In this document: positions 36,931 to 50,179 of the stretch, one piece after another
How positions within the stretch are numbered: position 1 is the stretch's first letter
Layout: each line of letters begins with the position of its first letter
Origin: Antedon mediterranea
Taxonomy: Eukaryota; Animalia; Echinodermata
Length of the DNA: 64,000 nucleotides
Assembly: GCF_964355755.1 (NCBI RefSeq)
Contig: NC_092680.1
Span: forward strand, 11,098,001-11,162,000
Direction: 5' to 3'
The notes under the pieces: model-generated
Seen by the model: the letters and a program-made list of their open reading frames with translations, nothing else
Database searches by the model: none
What the model was told of the DNA's origin: nothing
Program-made: the position numbers and the translations under genes

Positions 36931-39900
36931 TTGTGTAACCAAGTTTCATCGAAATGTACAAAATGGTCTAAAACGTCTCCAAATGCGATTTGAAGCTATT
37001 CTAAGTACTTTTGTGTTTTTATGTTAACAAGTTTTTTTTTAAATCACAAAATGGTCTAAAACGTCTTCAAATGCGATTTGAAGCTATTCTGTACACTTTG
37101 ATGTTTTGTGTGAAAAAGTTTTGTCGAAATGCTCAAAATGGTCTAAAACGTTTTTAAATACGATATTAAGCTATTTTGTGATCTTTGATGTTTTTGTGTG
37201 AAAAGTTTTATCGAAATGCTCAAAATGGTCTAAAACGGTTTCTATTGTGATTTTAAGCACTTTGATGATTTTGTGTAACCAAGTTTCATCGAAATGTACA
37301 AAATGGTCTAAAACGTCTCCAAATGCGATTTGAAGCTATTCTAAGTACTTTTGTGTTTTTATGTTAACAAGTTTTTTCGAAAATCACAAAATGGTCTAAA
37401 ACGTCTTCAAATGCGATTTGAAGCTATTCTGTACACTTTGATGTTTTGTGTGAAAAAGTTTTGTCGAAATGCTCAAAATGGTCTAAAACGTTTTTAAATA
37501 CGATATTAAGCTATTTTGTGCTCTTTGATGTTTTTGTGTAACCAAGTTTCATCGAAAATCACAAAATGGTCTAAAACGTCTTCAAATGCGATTTGAAGCT
37601 ATTCTGTACACTTTGATGTTTTGTGTGAAAAAGTTTTGTCAAAATGCTCAAAATGGTCTAAAACGTTTTTAAAACGATATTAAGCTATTTTGTGATCTTT
37701 GATGTTTTTGTGTGAAAAGTTTTATCAAAATGCTCAAAATGGTCTAAAACGGTTTCTAATGCGATTTGAAGCTATTCTGTACACTTTGAAGTTTTTTGTG
37801 AAAAAGTTTTCTCGAAATGCTCAAAATGGTCTAAAACGTTTTTATATACCATATTAAGCTATTTTGTGCACTTTTATGTTTTGTGTGAAAAAGTTTTGTC
37901 GAAATGCTCAAAATGGTCTAAAACGTTTTTAAATACGATATTAAGCTATTTTGTGCTCTTTGATGTTTTTGTGTAACCAAGTTTCATCGAAAATCACAAA
38001 ATGGTCTAAAACGTCTCCAAATGCGATTTGAAGCTTTTCTAAGCACTTTGGTGTTTTTATGTTAACAAGTTTTTTCGAAAATCACGAAATGGTCTAAAAT
38101 GTCTCCAAATGCGATTTGAAGATATTCTGAGCACTTAGATGTTTTTGTGTGAAAAGTTTTATCGAAATGCTCAAAATGGTCTAAAACGGTTTCTAATGCG
38201 ATTTGAAGCTATTCTGTACACTTTGAAGTTTTTTGTGAAAAAGTTTTCTCGAAATGCTCAAAATGGTCTAAAACGTTTTTATATACCATATTAAGCTATT
38301 TTGTGCACTTTTATGTTTTGTGTGAAAAAGTTTTGTCGAAATTCTCAAAATGGTCTAAAACGTTTTTAAATACGATATTAAGCTGTTTTGTGCACTTTGA
38401 TGATTTGTGTGAAAAGTTTTAACGAAATGCTCAAAATGGTCAAAAACGGTTTCTAATGTGATTTTAAGCACTTTGATGTTTTTGTGTAACCAAGTTTTTT
38501 CAAAAATCACAAAATGGTCTAAAACGTCTCCAAATGCGATTTGAAGCTTTTCTAAGCACTTTGGTGTTTTTATGTTAAGTTTTTTCGAAAATCACAAAAT
38601 GGTCTAAAACGTCTCCAAATGCGATTTGAAGCTATTCTGTACACTTTGATGTTTTGTGTGAAAAAGTTTTGTCGAAATGCTCAAAATGGTCTAAAACATT
38701 TTTAAATACGATATTAAGCTATTTTGTGATCTTTGATGTTTTTGTGTGAAAAGTTTTATCGAAATGCTCAAAATGGTCTAAAACGTCTCCAAATGCGATT
38801 TGAAGCTATTCTGTACACTTTGATGTTTTGTGTGAAAAAGTTTTGTCGAAATGCTCAAAATGGTCTAAAACGTTTTTAAATACGATATTAAGCTATTTTG
38901 TGATCTTTGATGTTTTTGTGTGAAAAGTTTTAACGAAATGCTCAAAATGGTCAAAAACGGTTTCTAATGTGATTTTAAGCACTTTGATGTTTTTGTGTAA
39001 CCAAGTTTTTTCAAAAATTTCAAAATGGTCTAAAACGTCTCCAAATGCGATTTGAAGCTTTTCTAAGCACTTTGGTGTTTTTATGTTAACAAGTTTTTTC
39101 GAAAATCACAAAATGGTCTAAAACGTCTCCAAATGCGATTTGAAGATATTCTGAGCACTTTGGTGTTTTTATGTTAAAAAGTTTTTTCGAAAATCACAAA
39201 ATGGTCTAAAACGTCTTCAAATGCGATTTGAAGCTATTCTGTACACTTTGATGTTTTGTGTGAAAAAGTTTTGTCGAAATGCTCAAAATGGTCTAAACCG
39301 TTTTTAAATACGATATTAAGCTATTTTGTGATCTTTGATGTTTTTGTGTGAAAAGTTTTATCGAAATGCTCAAAATGGTCTAAAACGGTTTCTAATGCGA
39401 TTTGAAGCTATTCTGTACACTTTGAAGTTTTGTGTGAAAAAGTTTTCTCGAAATGCTCAAAATGGTCTAAAACGTTTTTATATACCATATTAAGCTATTT
39501 TGTGCACTTTGATGTTTTTTGTGAAAAGTTTTATCGAAATGCTCAAAATGGTCTAAAACGGTTTCTATTGTGATTTTAAGCACTTTGATGATTTTGTGTA
39601 ACCAAGTTTCATCGAAATGTACAAAATGGTCTAAAACGTCTCCAAATGCGATTTGAAGCTATTCTAAGTACTTTTGTGTTTTTATGTTAACAAGTTTTTT
39701 CGAAAATCACAAAATGGTCTAAAACGTCTTCAAATGCGATTTTAAGCTATTCTGTACACTTTGATGTTTTGTGTGAAAAAGTTTTGTCGAAATGCTCAAA
39801 ATGGTCTAAAACGTTTTTAAATACGATATTAAGCTATTTTGTGATCTTTGATGTTTTTGTGTGAAAAGTTTTATCAAAATGCTCAAAATGGTCTGAAACG

Positions 39901-42900
39901 GTTTCTAATGCGATTTGAAGCTATTCTGTACACTTTGAAGTTTTGTGTGAAAAAGTTTTCTCGAAATGCTCAAAATGGTCTAAATCGTTTTTATATACCA
40001 TATTAAGCTATTCTGTACACTTTGATGTTTTGTGTGAAAAAGTTTTGTCAAAATGCTCAAAATGGTCTAAAACGTTTTTAAAACGATATTAAGCTATTTT
40101 GTGCTCTTTGATGATTTTGTGTAACCAAGTTTCATCGAAATGTACAAAATGGTCTAAAACGTCTCCAAATGCGATTTGAAGCTATTCTAAGTACTTTGGT
40201 GTTTTTATGTTAACAAGTTTTTTCGAAAATCACAAAATGGTCTAAAACGTCTTCAAATGCGATTTGAAGCTATTCTGTACACTTTTATGTTTTGTGTGAA
40301 AAAGTTTTGTCGAAATGCTCAAAATGGTCTAAAACGTTTTAAAATACCATATTAAGCTATTTTGTGCACTTTGATGTTTTTTGTGAAAAGTTTTATCGAA
40401 ATGCTCAAAATGGTCTAAAACGGTTTCTATTGTGATTTTAAGCACTTTGATGATTTTGTGTAACCAAGTTTCATCGAAATGTACAAAATGGTCTAAAACG
40501 TCTCCAAATGCGATTTGAAGCTATTCTAAGTACTTTTTTGTTTTTATGTTAACAAGTTTTTTTTTAAATCACAAAATGGTCTAAAACGTCTTCAAATGCG
40601 ATTTGAAGCTATTCTGTACACTTTGATGTTTTGTGTGAAAAAGTTTTGTCGAAATGCTCAAAATGGTCTAAAACGTTTTTAAATACGATATTAAGCTATT
40701 TTGTGATCTTTGATGTTTTTGTGTGAAAAGTTTTATCGAAATGCTCAAAATGGTCTAAAACGGTTTCTATTGTGATTTTAAGCACTTTGATGATTTTGTG
40801 TAACCAAGTTTCATCGAAATGTACAAAATGGTCTAAAACGTCTCCAAATGCGATTTGAAGCTATTCTAAGTACTTTTGTGTTTTTATGTTAACAAGTTTT
40901 TTCGAAAATCACAAAATGGTCTAAAACGTCTTCAAATGCGATTTGAAGCTATTCTGTACACTTTGATGTTTTGTGTGAAAAAGTTTTGTCGAAATGCTCA
41001 AAATGGTCTAAAACGTTTTTAAATACGATATTAAGCTATTTTGTGCTCTTTGATGTTTTTGTGTAACCAAGTTTCATCGAAAATCACAAAATGGTCTAAA
41101 ACGTTTTTAAATACGATATTAAGCTGTTTTGTGCACTTTGATGATTTGTGTGAAAAGTTTTAACGAAATGCTCAAAATGGTCAAAAACGGTTTCTAATGT
41201 GATTTTAAGCACTTTGATGTTTTTGTGTAACCAAGTTTTTTCAAAAATCACAAAATGGTCTAAAACGTCTCCAAATGCGATTTGAAGCTTTTCTAAGCAC
41301 TTTTGTGTTTTTATGTTAACAAGTTTTTTCGAAAATCACAAAATGGTCTAAAACGTCTCCAAATGCGATTTGAAGCTATTCTAAGTACTTTGGTGTTTTT
41401 ATGTTAACAAGTTTTTTCGAAAATCACAAAATGGTCTAAAACGTCTTCAAATGCGATTTGAAGCTATTCTGTACACTTTTATGTTTTGTGTGAAAAAGTT
41501 TTGTTGAAATGCTCAAAATGGTCTAAAACGTTTTAAAATACCATATTAAGCTATTTTGTGCACTTTGATGTTTTTTGTGAAAAGTTTTATCGAAATGCTC
41601 AAAATGGTCTAAAACGGTTTCTATTGTGATTTTAAGCACTTTGATGATTTTGTGTAACCAAGTTTCATCGAAATGTACAAAATGGTCTAAAACGTCTCCA
41701 AATGCGATTTGAAGCTATTCTAAGTACTTTTTTGTTTTTATGTTAACAAGTTTTTTTTTAAATCACAAAATGGTCTAAAACGTCTTCAAATGCGATTTGA
41801 AGCTATTCTGTACACTTTGATGTTTTGTGTGAAAAAGTTTTGTCGAAATGCTCAAAATGGTCTAAAACGTTTTTAAATACGATATTAAGCTATTTTGTGA
41901 TCTTTGATGTTTTTGTGTGAAAAGTTTTATCGAAATGCTCAAAATGGTCTAAAACGGTTTCTATTGTGATTTTAAGCACTTTGATGATTTTGTGTAACCA
42001 AGTTTCATCGAAATGTACAAAATGGTCTAAAACGTCTCCAAATGCGATTTGAAGCTATTCTAAGTACTTTTGTGTTTTTATGTTAACAAGTTTTTTCGAA
42101 AATCACAAAATGGTCTAAAACGTCTTCAAATGCGATTTGAAGCTATTCTGTACACTTTGATGTTTTGTGTGAAAAAGTTTTGTCGAAATGCTCAAAATGG
42201 TCTAAAACGTTTTTAAATACGATATTAAGCTATTTTGTGCTCTTTGATGTTTTTGTGTAACCAAGTTTCATCGAAAATCACAAAATGGTCTAAAACGTTT
42301 TTAAATACGATATTAAGCTGTTTTGTGCACTTTGATGATTTGTGTGAAAAGTTTTAACAAAATGCTCAAAATGGTCAAAAACGGTTTCTAATGTGATTTT
42401 AAGCACTTTGATGTTTTTGTGTAACCAAGTTTTTTCAAAAATCACAAAATGGTCTAAAACGTCTCCAAATGCGATTTGAAGCTTTTCTAAGCACTTTTGT
42501 GTTTTTATGTTAACAAGTTTTTTCGAAAATCACAAAATGGTCTAAAACGTCTTCAAATGCGATTTGAAGATATTCTGAGCACTTTGGTGTTTTTATGTTA
42601 AAAAGTTTTTTCGAAAATCACAAAATAGTCTAAAACGTCTCCAAATGCGATTTGAAGCTATTCTGTACACTTTGATGTTTTGTGTGAAAAAGTTTTGTCG
42701 AAATGCTCAAAATGGTCTAAAACGTTTTTAAAACGATATTAAGCTATTTTGTGCTCTTTGATGTTTTTGTGTAACCAAGTTTCATCGAAAATCACAAAAT
42801 GGTCTAAAACGTCTCCAAATGCGATTTGAAGCTTTTCTAAGCACTTTGGTGTTTTTATGTTAACAAGTTTTTTCGAAAATCTTGAAATGGTCTAAAATGT

Positions 42901-45900
42901 CTCCAAATGCGATTTGAAGATATTCTGAGCACTTTGGTGTTTTTATGTTAAAAAGTTTTTTCGAAAATCACAAAATGGTCTAAAACGTCTCCAAATGCGA
43001 TTTGAAGCTCTTCTGTACACTTTGATGTTTTGTGTGAAAAAGATTTGTCGATATGCTCAAAATGGTCTAAAACGTTTTTAAATACGATATTAAGCTGTTT
43101 TGTGCACTTTAATGATTTGTGTGAAAAGTTTTACGAAATGCTCAAAATGGTCTAAAACGGTTTCTAATGTGATTTTAAGCACTTTGATGTTTTTGTGTAA
43201 CCAAGTTTTTTCGAAAATCACAAAATGGTCTAAAACGTCTCCAAATGCGATTTGAAGCTTTTCTAAGCACTTTGGTGTTTTTATGTTAACAAGTTTTTTC
43301 GAAAATCACAAAATGGTCTAAAACGTCTCCAAATGCGATTTGAGGATATTCTGAGCACTTTGGTGTTTTTATGTTAAAAAGTTTTTTCGAAAATCACAAA
43401 ATGGTCTAAAACGTCTCCAAATGCGATTTGAAGCTATTCTGTACACTTTGATGTTTTGTGTGAAAAAGTTTTGTCGAAATGCTCAAAATGGTCTAAAACG
43501 TTTTTAAAACGATATTAAGCTATTTTGTGCTCTTTGATGTTTTTGTGTAACCAAGTTTCATCGAAATCAACAAAATGGTCTAATACGTCTCCAAATGCGA
43601 TTTGAAGTTTTTCCAAGCACTTTGCTGTTTTTATGTTAACAAGTTTTTTCGAAAATCACAAAATGGTCTAAAACGTCTTCAAATGCGATTTGAAGCTATT
43701 CTGTACACTTTGATGTTTTGTGTGAAAAAGTTTTGTCGAAATTCTCAAAATGGTCTAAAACGTTTTTAAATACGATATAAAGCTATTTTGTGATCTTTGA
43801 TGTTTTTGTGTGAAAAGTTTTATCGAAATGCTCAAAATGGTCTAAAACGGTTTCTAATGCGATTTGAAGCTATTCTGTACCCTTTGAAGTTTTTTGTGAA
43901 AAAGTTTTCTCGAAATGCTCAAAATGGTCTAAAAAGTTTTTATATACCATATTAAGCTATTTTGTGCACTTTGATGTTTTTTGTGAAAAGTTTTATCGAA
44001 ATGCTCAAAATGGTCTAAAACGGTTTCTATTGGGATTTTAAGCACTTTGATGATTTTGTGTAACCAAGTTTCATCGAAATGTACAAAATGGTCTAAAACG
44101 TCTCCAAATGCGATTTGAAGCTATTCTAAGTACTTTTGTGTTTTTATGTTAACAAGTTTTTTCGAAAATCACAAAATGGTCTAAAACGTCTTCAAATGCG
44201 ATTTGAAGCTATTCTGTACACTTTTATGTTTTGTGTGAAAAAGTTTTGTCGAAATTCTCAAAATGGTCTAAAACGTTTTTAAATACGATATTAAGCTGTT
44301 TTGTGCACTTTGATGATTTGTGTGAAAAGTTTTAACGAAATGCTCAAAATGGTCAAAAACGGTTTCTATTGTGATTTTAAGCACTTTGATGATTTTGTGT
44401 AACCAAGTTTCATCGAAATGTACAAAATGGTCTAAAACGTCTCCAAATGCGATTTGAAGCTATTCTAAGTACTTTTGTGTTTTTATGTTAACAAGTTTTT
44501 TCGAAAATCACAAAATGGTCTAAAACGTCTTCAAATGCGATTTGAAGCTATTCTGTACACTTTGATGTTTTGTGTGAAAAAGTTTTGTCGAAATGCTCAA
44601 AATGGTCTAAAACGTTTTTAAATACGATATTAAGCTATTTTGTGATCTTTGATGTTTTTGTGTGAAAAGTTTTATCGAAATCCTCAAAATGGTCTGAAAC
44701 GGTTTCTAATGCGATTTGAAGCTATTCTGTACACTTTGAAGTTTTTTGTGAAAAAGTTTTCTCGAAATGCTCAAAATGGTCTAAAACGTTTTTATATACC
44801 ATATTAAGCTATTTTGTGCACTTTGATGTTTTTTGTGAAAAGTTTTATCGAAATGCTCAAAATGGTCTAAAACGGTTTCTATTGGGATTTAAGCACTTTG
44901 ATGATTTTGTGTAACCAAGTTTCATCGAAATGTACAAAATGGTCTAAAACGTCTCCAAATGCGATTTGAAGCTATTCTAAGTACTTTTGTGTTTTTATGT
45001 TAACAAGTTTTTTCGAAAATCACAAAATGGTCTAAAACGTCTCCAAATGCGATTTGAAGCTATTCTGTACACTTTTATGTTTTGTGTGAAAAAGTTTTGT
45101 CGAAATGCTCAAAATGGTCTAAAACGTTTTTAAATACGATATTAAGCTATTTTGTGATCTTTGATGTTTTTGTGTGAAAAGTTTTATCGAAATGCTCAAA
45201 ATGGTCTAAAACGGTTTCTATTGTGATTTTAAGCACTTTGATGATTTTGTGTAACCAAGTTTCATCGAAATGTACAAAATGGTCTAAAACTTCTCCAAAT
45301 GCGATTTGAAGCTATTCTAAGTACTTTTGTGTTTTTATGTTAACAAGTTTTTTCGAAAATCACAAAATGGTCTAAAACGTCTTCAAATGCGATTTGAAGC
45401 TATTCTGTACACTTTGATGTTTTGTGTGAAAAAGTTTTGTCAAAATGCTCAAAATGGTCTAAAACGTTTTTAAAACGATATTAAGCTATTTTGTGCTCTT
45501 TGATGTTTTTGTGTAACCAAGTTTCATCGAAAATCACAAAATGGTCTAAAACGTCTCCAAATGCGATTTGAAGCTTTTCTAAGCACTTTGGTGTTTTTAT
45601 GTTAACAAGTTTTTTCGAAAATCACGAAATTGTCTAAAATGTCTCCAAATGCGATTTTAAGATATTCTGAGCACTTTTGTGTTTTTATGTTAAAACGTTT
45701 TTTCGAAAATCACAAAATGGTCTAAAACGTCTCCAAATGCGATTTGAAGCTCTTCTGTACACTTTGATGTTTTGTGTGAAAAAGTTTTGTCGATATGCTC
45801 AAAATGGTCTAAAACGTTTTTAAATACGATATTAAGCTGTTTTGTGCAGTTTGATGATTTGTGTGAAAAGTTTTAACGAAATGCTCAAAATGGTCTAAAA

Positions 45901-48306
45901 CGGTTTCTAATGCGATTTGAAGCTATTCTGTACACTTTGAAGTTTTTTGTGAAAAAGTTTTCTCGAAATGCTCAAAATGGTCTAAAACGTTTTTATATAC
46001 CATATTAAGCTATTTTGTGCACTTTGATGTTTTTTGTGAAAAGTTTTATCGAAATGCTCAAAATGGTCTGAAACGGTTTCTATTGTGATTTTAAGCACTT
46101 TGATGATTTTGTGTAACCAAGTTTCATCGAAATGTACAAAATGGTCTAAAAAGTCTCCAAATGCGATTTGAAGCTATTCTAAGTACTTTTGTGTTTTTAT
46201 GTTAACAAGTTTTTTCGAAAATCACGAAATGGTCTAAAATGTCTCCACATGCGATTTGAAGATATTCTGAGCACTTTGGTGTTTTTATGTTAAAAAGTTT
46301 TGTCGAAATGCTCAAAATGGTCTAAAACGTTTTTAAATACGATATTAAGCTATTTTGTGATCTTTGATGTTTTTGTGTGAAAAGTTTTATCGAAATGCTC
46401 AAAATGGTCTGAAACGGTTTCTAATGCGATTTGAAGCTATTCTGTACACTTTAAAGTTTTTTGTGAAAAAGTTTTCTCGAAATTCTCAAAATGGTCTAAA
46501 ACGTTTTTATATACCATATTAAGCTATTTTGTGCACTTTGATGTTTTTTGTGAAAAGTTTTATCGAAATGCTCAAAATGGTCTAAAACGGTTTCTATTGT
46601 GATTTTAAGCACTTTGATGATTTTGTGTAACCAAGTTTCATCGAAATGTACAAAATGGTCTAAAACGTCTCCAAATGCGATTTGAAGCTATTCTAAGTAC
46701 TTTTGTGGTTTTATGTTAACAAGTTTTTTCGAAAATCACGAAATGGTCTAAAACGTCTTCAAATGCGATTTGAAGCTATTCTGTACACTTTGATGTTTTG
46801 TGTGAAAAAGTTTTGTCGAAATGCTCAAAATGGTCTAAAACGTTTTTAAATACGATATTAAGCTATTTTGTGATCTTTGATGTTTTTGTGTGAAAAGTTT
46901 TATCGAAATGCTCAAAATGGTCTAAAACGGTTTCTATTGTGATTTTAAGCACTTTGATGATTTTGTGTAACCAAGTTTCATCGAAATGTACAAAATGGTC
47001 TAAAACGTCTCCAAATGCGATTTGAAGCTATTCTAAGTACTTTTGTGTTTTTATGTTAACAAGTTTTTTCGAAAATCACAAAATGGTCTAAAACGTCTTC
47101 AAATGCGATTTGAAGCTATTCTGTACACTTTGATGTTTTGTGTGAAAAAGTTTTGTCAAAATGCTCAAAATGGTCTAAAACGGTTTTAAAACGATATTAA
47201 GCTATTTTGTGCTCTTTGATGTTTTTGTGTAACCAAGTTTCATCGAAAATCACAAAATGGTCTAAAACGTCTCCAAATGCGATTTGAAGCTTTTCTAAGC
47301 ACTTTGGTGTTTTTATGTTAACAAGTTTTTTCGAAAATCACAAAATGGTCTAAAACGTCTCCAAATGCGATTTGAAGCTCTTCTGTACACTTTGATGTTT
47401 TGTGTGAAAAAGTTTTGTCGAAATTCTCAAAATGGTCTAAAACGTTTTTAAATACGATATTAAGCTGTTTTGTGCACTTTGATGATTTGTGTGAAAAGTT
47501 TTAACGAAATGCTCAAAATGGTCAAAAACGGTTTCTAATGTGATTTTAAGCACTTTGATGTTTTTGTGTAACCAAGTTTTTTCAAAAATTTCAAAATGGT
47601 CTAAAACGTCTCCAAATGCGATTTGAAGCTTTTCTAAGCACTTTGGTGTTTTTATGTTAACAAGTTTTTTCGAAAATCACAAAATGGTCTAAAACGTCTC
47701 CAAATGCGATTTGAAGCTCTTCTGTACACTTTGATGTTTTGTGTGAAAAAGTTTTGTCGAAATTCTCAAAATGGTCTAAAACGTTTTTAAATACGATATT
47801 AAGCTGTTTTGTGCACTTTGATGATTTGTGTGAAAAGTTTTAACGAAATGCTCAAAATGGTCAAAAACGGTTTCTAATGTGATTTTAAGCACTTTGATGT
47901 TTTTGTGTAACCAAGTTTTTTCAAAAATTTCAAAATGGTCTAAAACGTCTCCAAATGCGATTTGAAGCTTTTCTAAGCACTTTGGTGTTTTTATGTTAAC
48001 AAGTTTTTTCGAAAATCACGAAATTGTCTAAAATGTCTCCAAATGCGATTTTAAGATATTCTGAGCACTTTGGTGTTTTTATGTTAAAACGTTTTTTCGA
48101 AAATCACAAAATGGTCTAAAACGTCTCCAAATGCGATTTGAAGCTCTTCTGTACACTTTGATGTTTTGTGTGAAAAAGTTTTGTCGATATGCTCAAAATG
48201 GTCTAAAACGTTTTTAAATACGATATTAAGCTGTTTTGTGCAGTTTGATGATTTGTGTGAAAAGTTTTAACGAAATGCTCAAAATGGTCTAAAACGGTTT
48301 CTAATG
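36931..48306 (+). repeat. Macro-repeat copy 3, colinear part, with 261-bp and 1,194-bp gains
   Basis: Offset to copy 2 steps from 19,367 to 19,628 (GAGCACTTAG 18501/38129) to 20,822 (CTTGAAATGG 22059/42881). Colinearity is lost at ~48307. Confidence 0.87.
40150..42550 (+). repeat. Tandem duplication of a 1,194-bp (14-monomer) block, specific to copy 3
   Basis: TACTTTTTTG at 40531/41725; matches the 1,194-bp step in the copy 2/3 offset. Confidence 0.88.
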
Positions 48307-50179
48307 TGATTTTAAGCACTTTGATGTTTTTGTGTAACCAAGTTTTTTCGAAAATCACAAAATGGTCTAAAACGTCTCCAAATGCGATTTGAAGCTTTTC
48401 TAAGCACTTTGGTGTTTTTATGTTAACAAGTTTTTTCGAAAATCACAAAATGGTCTAAAACGTCTCCAAATGCGATTTGAGGATATTCTGAGCACTTTGG
48501 TGTTTTTATGTTAAAAAGTTTTTTCGAAAATCACAAAATGGTCTAAAACGTCTCCAAATGCGATTTGAAGCTATTCTGTACACTTTGATGTTTTGTGTGA
48601 AAAAGTTTTGTCGAAATGCTCAAAATGGTCTAAAACGTTTTTAAAACGATATTAAGCTATTTTGTGCTCTTTGATGTTTTTGTGTAACCAAGTTTCATCG
48701 AAATCAACAAAATGGTCTAATACGTCTCCAAATGCGATTTGAAGTTTTTCCAAGCACTTTGCTGTTTTTATGTTAACAAGTTTTTTCGAAAATCACAAAA
48801 TGGTCTAAAACGTCTTCAAATGCGATTTGAAGCTATTCTGTACACTTTGATGTTTTGTGTGAAAAAGTTTTGTCGAAATTCTCAAAATGGTCTAAAACGT
48901 TTTTAAATACGATATAAAGCTATTTTGTGATCTTTGATGTTTTTGTGTGAAAAGTTTTATCGAAATGCTCAAAATGGTCTAAAACGGTTTCTAATGCGAT
49001 TTGAAGCTATTCTGTACCCTTTGAAGTTTTTTGTGAAAAAGTTTTCTCGAAATGCTCAAAATGGTCTAAAAAGTTTTTATATACCATATTAAGCTATTTT
49101 GTGCACTTTGATGTTTTTTGTGAAAAGTTTTATCGAAATGCTCAAAATGGTCTAAAACGGTTTCTATTGGGATTTTAAGCACTTTGATGATTTTGTGTAA
49201 CCAAGTTTCATCGAAATGTACAAAATGGTCTAAAACGTCTCCAAATGCGATTTGAAGCTATTCTAAGTACTTTTGTGTTTTTATGTTAACAAGTTTTTTC
49301 GAAAATCACAAAATGGTCTAAAACGTCTTCAAATGCGATTTGAAGCTATTCTGTACACTTTTATGTTTTGTGTGAAAAAGTTTTGTCGAAATTCTCAAAA
49401 TGGTCTAAAACGTTTTTAAATACGATATTAAGCTGTTTTGTGCACTTTGATGATTTGTGTGAAAAGTTTTAACGAAATGCTCAAAATGGTCAAAAACGGT
49501 TTCTATTGTGATTTTAAGCACTTTGATGATTTTGTGTAACCAAGTTTCATCGAAATGTACAAAATGGTCTAAAACGTCTCCAAATGCGATTTGAAGCTAT
49601 TCTAAGTACTTTTGTGTTTTTATGTTAACAAGTTTTTTCGAAAATCACAAAATGGTCTAAAACGTCTTCAAATGCGATTTGAAGCTATTCTGTACACTTT
49701 GATGTTTTGTGTGAAAAAGTTTTGTCGAAATGCTCAAAATGGTCTAAAATGTTTTTAAATACGATATTAAGCTATTTTGTGATCTTTGATGTTTTTGTGT
49801 GAAAAGTTTTATCGAAATCCTCAAAATGGTCTGAAACGGTTTCTAATGCGATTTGAAGCTATTCTGTACACTTTGAAGTTTTTTGTGAAAAAGTTTTCTC
49901 GAAATGCTCAAAATGGTCTAAAACGTTTTTATATACCATATTAAGCTATTTTGTGCACTTTGATGTTTTTTGTGAAAAGTTTTATCGAAATGCTCAAAAT
50001 GGTCTAAAACGGTTTCTATTGGGATTTAAGCACTTTGATGATTTTGTGTAACCAAGTTTCATCGAAATGTACAAAATGGTCTAAAACGTCTCCAAATGCG
50101 ATTTGAAGCTATTCTAAGTACTTTTGTGTTTTTATGTTAACAAGTTTTTTCGAAAATCACAAAATGGTCTAAAACGTCT
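48271..50179 (+). repeat. Second copy of 43134-45042 (5,137-bp spacing)
   Basis: AAATCAACAA at 43564/48701 and the 1-bp deletion GGGATTTAAG at 44884/50021. Confidence 0.86.
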
